The translations under genes were made by a program, and so were the position numbers. 64,000 bases of DNA from positions 68,698,001-68,762,000 of the forward strand of contig CM052816.1 of the NCBI GenBank assembly GCA_028534125.1. Direction: 5' to 3'. The notes under the pieces are model-generated. The model ran no database searches. It was not told the DNA's origin and was given only the letters and a program-made list of their open reading frames with translations. The stretch comes from Lama glama. Taxonomy: Eukaryota. Shown piece after piece: positions 25,742 through 36,949 of the stretch. Within the stretch, counting starts at the first letter, position 1. Each line of letters opens with the position of its first letter.

Positions 25742-28219
25742 ACACTCTTCTGGTTTTAATTCTACCTTACTGGCTACTTTTTCTCATTCTACTTTGCAAG
25801 TTCCTTCTCTTCTTCGTGACCTTTTAATTGTGGAGTGCTCTGGGTATCAATCCTTGGGTCCTCTTTTCTCCTCTATCTCTACTCACTCCTTTGTGATCTC
25901 ATCCAGTTCAATAACTCTAATACCATCTCTATGTCAAATTTTTATCTTCAGCCTGGATCCCCCACCCCCCAACCCCAGTGGACTTTACATCCAACTGCCT
26001 ACTTGACATCTTTACTAATAGGCACCTCAAACTTGATGCATACAAGTATGAACTCTTGGATTTATTCTTTGCTCCTGCTCTTCAGTCTCTAGTCTTCCTC
26101 ATCTCAGTTAATCCAACTTTAAACTTTTGGTCTCTCAAATGGAAAATCTTAGGGTCATTGTTGTCTCCTCATTTCTCACACTCATATCCATCCATCAGCA
26201 AATACTGTTGATGTTACTTTGGAAATAAATCCAGAATTTGATCACTGTGAGACCTGTGCCATTACCTGCAGTCCCTCCTCAACTCAAGCCAGTGCTTTTG
26301 TACAGAGTAGTTGGAACTCAGTTAATTGTTGAATTGTTAAAGAATTGAATTGAATGATTGCTTCCTTACTAAAGAAATCTCTTTAAGATTTTATTTTCTC
26401 TAGTTTAATTATAATATCCCTCAATGGTGACAAAAATAATAATTTTTACATCTTCCTTAAGTTTCCTGTATTCTTAAGACTATAGAAAGAATTCGATTAT
26501 AGATGGAATTCTTTAACCTTTTAGTCTGTATACTAAATTGGGTTCAAATATAGTTAATATTAAACTGTTACAGAGTTTTTCCCTTAAAGATATGGTGATA
26601 GAGTTTACAAATAGGAAAATATTCTAGCTTCGGTTTATTTAGTTAGAATTTGTTATGCAGGTTGAAAATAATTTTTTTTCTTTTTTTTTTTAAAACCCTA
26701 CCTCTATTAAAGATTAATAATATTAATGAAATATACTCAGGTAAGCACCCCATGTAATATGAGAGTATATTATGTATATGATAATGCTCTTAATTGTTTA
26801 CAACAAAAGAAATCCATTCATGCTTTAAGTGATAAAGGAATGCTTTTAGTCTAGGTTTTCTTTCGGTTACACAATATTCATCTTCTTCTTGGCTCTTGTT
26901 TTTTGGTATAGTTCAGTAATTATTTTTGTTTCTGGTTCATTCTTTCTTTTTCCTGAACTACATTTTATCAATATACCCCCATGTACCCTAGTGCACTTCA
27001 GTTCATGCATGAGTGGGACATGGTAACGTCCCAGGTTTTCTGAAATAGTCACCACAGTTTCATTATTTTAAATATAAGCAGAAGGAAAAAAAATAAGGCA
27101 TTGGCATATTCTTTTTCCTATCTAATGTAATATGATTATATTTCAGGTGCTCACTAGCATCTTTGACAACTTGCATTTTCAAAATTGACTCTTTTCAACT
27201 TGAAATTTTCCCCATTGGTAAATAAAGATAGCTTTTCCAGTGACCTAATAGAGAAGGTAGACTAAATACACGCATACCTCACATGCATATTTAGCATAGG
27301 GGTATAGTCAGATGGCAAAAATAATATTATTCTACTGTTTAGCCTGTACCTTTGGGTTCTTTAGGATTCTTGTCTCCATCAGTATCCTTCCTTTATTGTC
27401 CAGGCATTAGGAGAAGAATATGATCCCTGAGATATTTCACAAATGGACATCATCATCTCTGAGGTCTTTTGGTCTGCCGTTGGAATCTTTTCTTCTTCCA
27501 GGCTATTGAGGTGTGGTACTTATTCTTGCAACAAATCTTGAGGTGCTTGACATCTTTGTGTCATGATTTCTCAGGCTATTGCCTACTGCTGTTAGCTCTG
27601 AAGCAACATGCCCCTTAAATATTTGCTGCTGTAAACTCTGAAGTTGCATGCCACTCTCTCCTGGGCATCTGATATGTTTTATATCCTTACAATAGAATAA
27701 TATTCTGCAATAAAAAGGAATAAAATATCTATCTGTGCTACACCATGGATGAACCTTAAAAACAAAAATATTTTCTGAAGGCATTTATGTAGTTTTCACT
27801 GGAACAGTTCCCTTAACGTGTAAAACACGTTTTTTTAACCATAGTTTCTCAATTTTGCTGGACACTCCACTACCAATTTTTCTAATGAATGCAGTTGTTA
27901 GTATTTATATTATGGTTTCAAGATCATCATGAGTATTAGTGCAAGAGGAAGTTGAAGAAGGTGTTGTATGGACAAATTCTTATGTTGTCTTTTCCTGCCT
28001 TTGGTAAAAGGATGGAGAAGTGTTTTTGCGGTATTTTGTTTGTGGAAATGATGAGTTACATGTCACTTGCTCTCTTTTAAACCATTATAAATATTCACTC
28101 ATAGAAGGTGGAAGGCTATATTTATTTGAGGGTGAGTATGAGTTTACTATTGCAGAGAATATGATTCTCAGATGGGCTAATGTAACCAGCCACATGCGGG
28201 TATTAAAAAGCAGAATGTG

Positions 28220-28850
28220 GGAGCCAAAGCGGTGCAGCTATTTTGGAAAACCAGTTTGGCAGTTTCTTAAAAAGTTAAACACAAACTTACTGTGTGACCC
28301 AGCCATTCCACTCCTAGGTGTCTACTCATTCGAAATGAAAATAATGTCCACACAAAGATATGAACGTGAATGTTTATAATGGCATTAGTCATAATAGACA
28401 AAAACTGGAAACAACCCAAATACCCATTAACTGGTGAATGGATAAACCAAATGTAATATATACATGCAATATGATACTGTTTAGCAATAAAAAGGAACAA
28501 AATGCATGCTACAACATGGATGCACCTCAGAAATGCTATGCTAAGTGATGTAAGTCATTTACAAAATACCACATATTGTCTGATTCCATTTATATGAAAT
28601 GTTCAGAAAAGACAAGTCTGTGTAGATATAGAAGACAGATGAGTGTTTGCCTGGGGTTGATGGTGGAAACAAGGATTGAATTCATATGGGCTCTTGGGAA
28701 TTTTTTGGATAATGAAAATGTTTTAAAACTAGATTGTGGTGATGGTTGTACACTTCTGTACATTTGCCAGAATCATTAAATTATGCATTTAGAGTGGATG
28801 AATTTTATGGTGTGTAAATTATACCTCAATTAAATTGCTTTAAAAGGAAT
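28220..28850 (+). mobile_element. L1MB-like 3' fragment
   Basis: WQFLKKLNTNLLCDPAIPLLGVY ORF2 remnant followed by a 3'UTR ending gtaaattatacctcaattaaa. Confidence 0.85.
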
Positions 28851-29194
28851 GAAAATGAATTTTGTAAACTAAAGTATTAAGAGCAACATTGACAAATGCA
28901 GTCATTTGACAAATGATAAAAAGGGATTGTTTTAGAGATGTCAGTCTTCGGGTAAAAGGAAAAGGATGTTTGATTTGAACTGATGTAAGAGTACCATTGC
29001 TAAATGGAGCCCTTCACACTTTTGTCCTAAAATCTGTAGTAAGTGTTAAAGATAGCATCAGATATCTTTAAATTTTTGTATTTCTCTACATTTATATACT
29101 GTGGCTGGTAGAATAAATTGGTGATGCAGAATATCCTTTCTAGAACAGTTTGTCAAGGATCTTAATGTTTATATCTTTCAGTGTATAATTCCAC

Positions 29195-29560
29195 ATAAAA
29201 AAGCTCTATTGGTTGCAAAGAGTAGAATCTCTTTCTAACTAGCTTAAGTAAAACTGAGTTTTGTTGAAAGGATACAGGGAACACTAACAACCGCAAAGCA
29301 GCAAGATCAGCACGGCCCTTTGGCAGTGGGGAACCAAAGCTGCTTTCACCTTTTCTCGTTCTCAGAGGTCAGACTAGTCACTTCTGTTTTCTTTGCAAAC
29401 CTCCTTTGTCTTCGGCCTCTTCAGCCAGTCTTTTTTGTGCGTGGCCCAGTGCTGTTTGCCAGCTCTGACTGAGTCAGTCTTTGTTTCAGTTCCAAAGTTT
29501 CCAGAGCAGGACTCTGGACTAGCTCATCTTTTTCAGCCCTAAGTGGGTCAGTGAACACTT
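29195..29560 (-). mobile_element. Old MLT1 (K-O type) LTR fragment
   Basis: ttggttgcaaagagtagaatc...aactagcttaagtaaaa...ttgaaaggatacaggg. Confidence 0.5.
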
Positions 29561-30687
29561 AGTGATTTGGTCTTTCTCTCCATCCTTCTTTTGGGAGAGC
29601 TACATTCAGGTTTAGTTATTTAGTGAAAATGAAATGGCATTGGATAATGACTTTGATGTGATACATCTCATGGGTTTATATGAGAGATTACAAATATTAC
29701 TGGTTTTTAAAAAATTTTTAATTTTTTGTTGACGTGTAGTTGATTTACAGTGTTAATTTTAGGTATACAGCAAAGCAATTCACTTATACATATACATACA
29801 TATGTATATATATATGCACATGTATTTTCAGATTCTTTTCCATTATATATTAGTATTAATTCTAAAATATTTCTAAGGCATTCTGTGATACAATCTCTTC
29901 ATTCAAACTCTCAAAAGGATAGTGTGCATTTGTGGTAGATTCATGCTTATATTCTTTTCATTCCTTACTAAAACCTTTGTGATCTGGTTTCTACCCCTTC
30001 TTCCTTATTAAAACGACTTGTATTAAGTTTGGCAATTGAAAACCTGTTGGACACTGTGGACCAAGCAAGTACCACCTCCTGAAATGCTGTCTTTGGACTT
30101 GGCCTCAACGATGCTGCTTTCTCCTGACCTTCTCTCAGTCCACCAAGTCAACTGCCTGAGTAGATTCTCTTGCTGTGCTCATCCCTTTCATGTTATTGCC
30201 TCATGTTTCGCCTTTCACTTCTTTTCACTTCATGTCCATCTTACACAATTTCTTTTATCCTGTGGCTTCAGGGATACTTTATATCCCTAAATTTCTGTCT
30301 CTCTGCTAGACCCACTCTACTGAGATTCTGACTCAGATAACCAGTATCTTTTTGAATATCACCACTTAGAGCCTCACTAGTTCTAGTTCTAGTTCTCTTT
30401 TGAAACTTCATAGCTCTCTGTACCTCTGTTTATTCTCTGCTGTAAATATGTACTGTGCCTTATTCAACTTTGTATTCCTGATCTTGCGTAGCAGAATTCC
30501 TTGCACAATGGATTCACTCAATATTTGCCCACTTGAATATTCCCGTTTTAAAAAATGGACTAATTATACTTGTATGTGATTTTATTTCCCTTCTATCCTC
30601 AAAAATACCCACAAAATTTTCTTCTAAATCTAAGAATAATTTCTAACATAGTTTTTGTGGTCAAAGGAGAAAAAACAACGTAGTGGG

Positions 30688-31586
30688 GTTTTTTTTATTT
30701 TTAATTGAAGTATAGTCAGTTTACAATGTGTCAATTTCTGGTGTACAGCATAATGTTTCAGTCATATATATATTCATTTTCATATTCTTTTTCATTATAG
30801 ATTACTATAAGATGTTAAATACAGTTTCCTGTGCTTTACAGAAGAAACTTTATTGTTTACTTTATATATAGTAGTTAGTATTTGCAAATCTCAAACTCCC
30901 AATTAATCCCTTCCCACCCCCTTTCCCCTCGGTAACCATAAATTTGTTTGGTGTGTCTGTGAGTTTGTTCCTGTTTTGTAGATAAATTCATTTGTGTCTT
31001 TTTTTTTTAGGTTCCACATATGAGTGATATCATATGGTATTTTTCTTTCTCTTTCTGGCTTATTTCACTTGGAATGACAATCTCCAGGTCCATCCATGTT
31101 GTTGCAAATGGCGTTATTTTATTTTTTATGGCTGAGTAGTATTCCATTGTATAAATATACCACAGCTTCTTTATCTGTCAGTGGACATTTAGGTTGTTTC
31201 CATGTCTTGGCTATTGTAAATAGTGCTGCTGTGAACATTGGGGTGCATATATCTTTTTGAATTAGAATTCCCTCTGGATACATGCCCAGGAGTGGGATTG
31301 CTGGATCATAGGGTAACTCTATTTTTAGTTTTTTGAGGAATCTCCTTACTGTTTTCCATAATGGCTGCAACAAACTACATTCCCACCAACAGTGTAGGAG
31401 GGTTCCCTTTTTTTCCCATACTCTCTCCAGCATTTATTGTTTGTGGACTTTTTAATAATGGCCATTCTGACTGGTGTGAGGTGATACCTCATTGTAGTTT
31501 TGATTTGCATTTCTCTGATAATTAGCGATACTGAGCATTTTTTCATGTGCCTTTTGACCATTTATACGTCTTCATTGGAGAATTGT
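30688..31586 (-). mobile_element. Relatively young 5'-truncated L1 (~900 bp)
   Basis: Poly-T tail; well-preserved ORF2 C-terminus [37 protein letters not shown] and LLHCWWEC...[12 protein letters not shown]. Confidence 0.92.
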
Positions 31587-32089
31587 TAAGACAGCTTAAT
31601 GTTAATGGATATTCTTGTTAAGAACATTTTTCAGTATATTTGGGTTTATTATGAATTTTTCTTGAGAATAAGGGTATAAAGCCTATTGAGTGTTAGACAC
31701 TAATCACATGTGGATTTAATTTCTGTACTACATATCTTTTCTTACTCCAAAAGAAAGAAATGCTCATTGAAAAATTCAACCAATTCAGAAATGCATTGTA
31801 GTCACTGCAAATTTCCATTATGTATAGAGTTCCTACAAGTAAAATGAATTCTAGGAGTGGCAGTTCTTTGTAAATACAAAATAAATTTGCTTATGAGTTA
31901 GAGTATTGTTATTGGTTGAAGGATGAGTGCATGTTTAGTTACTTCATAGGGCTGGCAACAATTAAAATTATGGATCTGAGTATTCAACCTCCACAGTGTG
32001 TGATTATAAGTGCAAAAGTTGTGTAACTGTGATATTTGTATTAAAGACTTGGGCATTTCACTCCATTATTCTCCATGCAAATAATTTCA

Positions 32090-32873
32090 GCTTGTTTCTT
32101 TCTGCTTTTATTTCCCTTGCCTGAGGAGACATATCCAAAAATATATTGTTAAGACTGATGTCAGAGAGCTTACTGCCTATGTTTTCTTTTGGAAGTTTTA
32201 TGGTTTTAGGTCTTACACTTAAGTCTTTAATCTGTGTTGATTATTTTTGTGCATGGTATGAGAGAGTAGTCCAGTTTGATTCTTTTGTATGTAGCTGTCC
32301 AGTTATTCCTAACACCATTTATTGAAGAGGCTGTTTTTCTCTCATTGTATGTTCTTGCCTCCTTTGTTATAGATTAATGTCCATATAAGTTTGGGAATAC
32401 TTTTTCCATCCTCTCACTTTTAGCCTATGTGTGTCTTTAGATCTAAAATGAATCTCTTGTAGGCAGCATATATATAGATCTTGTTTTTGTGTGCATTCAG
32501 CCCCTCACTGTCTCTTGATTGGAGCATTTAGTCCATTTACATTTAAAGTAATTATTGATATATATGTACTTACTGCCATTTTGTAAATCATTTTGGGGTT
32601 GTTTTGTGGTTCTTTTTTGTCTCTTCTTTTGCCCTTTCCTTGTTTGATGACTATCTTTAGTGTTTTAATGTTACGTTTAGACTCCTTTTCTCGCTTTTGT
32701 ATGTGTATCTATTATAGATTTTTAGTTTGTAGTTACCATGTGGTGTGTGCATATATATATATATTTTTTTTATATATAATTACATGGTTTTATATATATA
32801 TATATATAATTAAGTTGTTCATTTCTTAAGTTTGAATGTAATTTAAACATACTTCATATAAATGTGAATATAA

Positions 32874-32916
<43 letters not shown>

Positions 32917-35570
32917 ATATTTACATATAAATTCCTCCCCCCTGGTTTATTGTTTGTGACGTCATATTTTACATGCCTTTGTTTTGTACTTCTCTTTAAC
33001 TTATTTTAAATATAGATGACTTTACTAGTTTTGTCTTTTAACTTTTCTACTAGCTTTATAAGTGATTAATCTGCTTACCTTTACTGTATATTTGCCTTTA
33101 CTAATGAGATTTTTTTCCTTTCATAGTTTCATATTTCTAATTGTAACCTTTTCTTTTCCACTTAGAGAAGTCCCTTTAACATTTCTTGTTAAGCTGGTTT
33201 CCTGATATTGAGCTCTTTTAGCTTTTGCTTCTCTGTAGAACTTTTGGTCTCTCTTTAAAATCTGAATGAAACACTTGCCGGGTAGGGTATTCTTGGTCAT
33301 AGGCTTTTACTTCTTCATCACTTTAAATATATCATATTACTCCCTTCTATTCTGTAGAGTTTCTGCTGAAAAGCCAACTGATAGCCTTATGGCTGTTCCT
33401 TTATATGTAACTCATTGCTTTCACCTTTCTTCTTTCAATATTCTCTCTGTATTTTTAATTTTTGTCATTTTAATTATAATGTTCTTGGTGTGGTCCTTTT
33501 TGGGTTGATCCTGTTTGGGGGCTCTTTGTGCTTCTGGATCTTGATGTCTGTTTCCTTTCCCAAATTAGGGAAGTTTTCAGCTATTATGTCTTCAGATATG
33601 TTCTCTGCCCCTTTCTCTCTCTCTTCTCCTTCTGGGACCTCTATAATGTGAATGTTTCTAAACTTGATATTTTCCCAGCAATCTCTTAAACTGTCCTTAT
33701 TTGTTTTTATTCTTTTTTCTCTTCAGCTTCAGTGATTTCCACTACTCTGTCTTCCAGTTCACTGACCCATTCTTCTGTATTTCTAATCTACCATTGGTTT
33801 CTTCTAGTGTATTTTTTATTTTAGCTGTTGTATTCTTCAGCTCTATTTGGTTCTTTACATTTTCTAACTCTGTTAAAAACTTGTAAATTCTCACTCTGTT
33901 CATCCATTTTTCTCCCAGGTTCTTTGAGCAGCTTTATGATCATTACCATAAACTCTTTATCAGGTAGATTGCTTATCTCCACTTCACTTAGTTCTTCTTT
34001 TGGGGTTTTATCTTGTTTCTTTGCTTGAAACATGTTTCTTTGTCATCTCAGTTTGCCTAATTCACTGCTTTTATTTCTTTGTATTTAGTAGGTTGGTTAT
34101 ATTTCCTGATCTTGGAGAAGAAGCTTTATGTAGGAAATGTCCTATGGGGCCCAGCAGCATACTTCCCTCTGGTCATCAAATCTATATATTCTAGGGATGC
34201 CCTCTATGTGGGCTGCATGAGTCCTTCTTTTGTGACTGGCTAACAACTGTGGGTGGTGCCAGACTACTAGCAGGTGGAATGTGTCTTTACACAGCTTGCT
34301 GTGGGGATGCAGTGGTCATGGGGCTTAGATTGGGCTATTGGTGGGCCGTGTTGGGACCCAGGGGAACCTGGGGCTATTGCTGGCCCACTGATGGTTGGAG
34401 CTTGGTTCTGGGGTCTTTGGCTATGGGGCCAGGAGGTTCTGAAGCTGGTGTCAGCCCACTCTGGGCAGTGCTGGGGCCCAGGGTGTCCCACGGCTGGTGC
34501 CAGCCCACTTTTGAACAGAGCTGGGTCCCAGAGTTAGTAGCTGCAGGGCTCTAGGGATCCCAGCAGTGGTGTCTGCCTCAGGTGGGTTGGGCTGGAGCCT
34601 AGTGGATCCCAGGGTTGGTGCCTGACCACTGATGTGTGAGGACAGGACTAGGGCTAGTGCTGGCATGCTGGTAGGTGGAGCTGGGTCAGTTAGCTAGTTG
34701 TGTGTGTGTAGGCGGTGTTTCCGGGGTCTCAGGGCTAGCAGTGGTCCCCTCGTGGGTGGAGTCAGGTCCTCGGTCCTGTGGTGGGTAGGCTGTGTTCTTA
34801 GGTGGCTGAGAGTTCAGTGGGTTCTACAGCAGCTGACCTTCTGGTGGGTGGATCTGTATTCCTACCCACTTAGCCGCCTGGCCTGGGGCATCTCAGGGTT
34901 GGTACCATCTGGTGGGTAGGGCTGGTCTGGCACTGATTGGCTAGAGGAAGGATTCTGAAATGGCACTTAGCAGCACCAGTGTCCTTGTGATGGTGGGATG
35001 AGCTCCCCAGAGTGTCTGCTGCTAGCATCTTTGTCCCCAGGGTGAGTTTCAATTGCCTCTACATCTCTGGGAGGCTCTCCCAGCAAGTGAGTTCTACTCA
35101 AGCTCCATTCAAATAACTGTTTCTGCCCTGGGTATAAGAACATAGGAGATTTTATGTGCACTCTCTTAAGAATAGAGTCTGTTATTTCCCACAGTCCTCT
35201 GGCTCTCCCAGACTGAGCCCTGCTGGCTTTCAAAGCCAAACATTCTGGGGGTTTTGTGCAGGACTCTGGGCTGAGGAGTCTGATGTGAAGATAAGACCCT
35301 TCCCTTCTTGGGGAAAACCTCTGCAATTATAATTATCCTCTCATTTGTGGGTTGCCTACCCCGAAAGTATGGGTGATGACTGTACTGCATCTTCACCCTT
35401 GCATGTCTTGTTGTGGTTTCTTTTTTTATATCTTTTGCTGTAGAAGATCTTTTGCATTAATCTTCAGGTCACTCTCATGGATAGTTGCTCTGTAAATAGT
35501 TGTAATTTTGCTGTGCCTATTGGAAGAGCTGAGCTCAGGGTCTTCCTACTCTGCCTTTTTGTTCACTCCT
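32090..35570 (-). mobile_element. L1 retaining 5'UTR, ORF1 and ORF2 start, with a large internal ORF2 deletion
   Basis: ORF1 remnant EELSEVEISNLPDKEFMVMIIKLLKE (33821-34033); GC-rich repetitive 5'UTR ~34100-35570; decayed caagatggcggagtag-like terminus near 35540-35562. Confidence 0.85.
32872..32918. repeat. (AAAT)n microsatellite with nearby (TA)n tracts (~32750-32808)
   Basis: About 11-12 uninterrupted AAAT units read directly. Confidence 0.95.
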
Positions 35571-36766
35571 TGCATCATAAAGACTTCGAATGGATTGACA
35601 GCTTGGCAAATTGGCTAACACAAAGAAATAAACTTTGGCTCATGTATTCAGAGTCTAAATGAAAAACAGGAAGATAAGTAAAAAGAACCAGGAACATGCT
35701 TCTCCTTTTCATTTGGCCCTTAGAGATTGAACACATTTAATATTAGTAGTATATACATCAGGCATTGTGACAGAGGCTTGGTTGTCATTGAGCCTTTAGG
35801 GCTTAGTGGAACTGCTAGGGACTGTAAATGGTCACATCAAGACTTGGTGCTTCACAGAAAGAACACTTGAAGATACAGTGAGTATGTTAACTTAGTGGTT
35901 ATGATATTACTGCTGGGAGAATTGGTCATTTAGGGAGAGACCTGTCCATAATTTGAAAAGTCTTGAAGCAGACCTCATGTTGAGGGTTTCTGCTGAACTC
36001 TGTCTTTTTAAGAAAGGAGTCCTAGTCAGTATGCTGCAGTATGAATTAGGATGCTGGGTACGGTGAATGAAGTAAAAGAGGACTGAATTCTTAAACTTCA
36101 CATTTAGACAAAAGTTCAGACGTTTTAGGAGGTGAATGTGAGACATGATCTTTAGGGAAGACATTGATGATGAAAACAGAGAGAGCTGTCTTTTAGGTGC
36201 TTTTGTGCTTGACTCCATTGTCCATCTTTTCTTACGGAACTTGCTTTAAGTTCAGACTCCTTTTCACAGCAGCTCTAAATTTGCTGTAGACATTACAGAA
36301 ATGAGTGGATAAACTTTATTTAGATACCTTGATAGCTAAGCCAGTGACTATGACCTGTCTAAATGTGGTAGTAATATCAAGATAAAATGGGGAATATCAA
36401 AATGCTGTTTTCCTTTTGGAAGCTAAGATCATGACAAATTGGTTTGGAAATAATGTTGAAAAGCCTATGATTAAATGACAAGAGCATGAGAAGAGATTTT
36501 TTTTCCCCCAAAACAGATGAGTGTATTGTGGTAAAAATGAAGGGAAGAAGTTGCTTTTGATTAAGTTGATTAATAGAGGACTTGGAGGTGTTATTTCCTG
36601 TAGAAAAAAGATCTTTACCCTAAACTGTAATTTTTCTAACTTCTGTTGCATGTGTTGCTGCATTTCCTTTTTCCATGTGCTCTTATTTTCATGGAAAAAA
36701 TATTTTAAACACCATCGCTGGGATAATTATTGCCATTTATTAGTTTTGATATTTCCTTTTTAATGA

Positions 36767-36949
<183 letters not shown>

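Larger units (their letters stand above)
23240..26350 (+). mobile_element. L2 relic split by an L1 insertion (arms ~23240-23460 and ~25742-26350)
   Basis: Pyrimidine-rich L2 ORF2 sequence (atccaactgcctacttgacatc...ggcacctcaaactt; atccatcagcaaatactgtt) ending in tgaattgaatga. Confidence 0.7.

Noticed and set aside
31119..31561. ORFs with recognisable protein motifs as host genes
   Set aside because: Frameshifted L1 ORF2 C-terminal fragments.
34249..35396. Cluster of overlapping GC-rich ORFs or a CpG island
   Set aside because: Lies in the L1 5'UTR; CpG is depleted and the ORFs reflect low stop-codon frequency.
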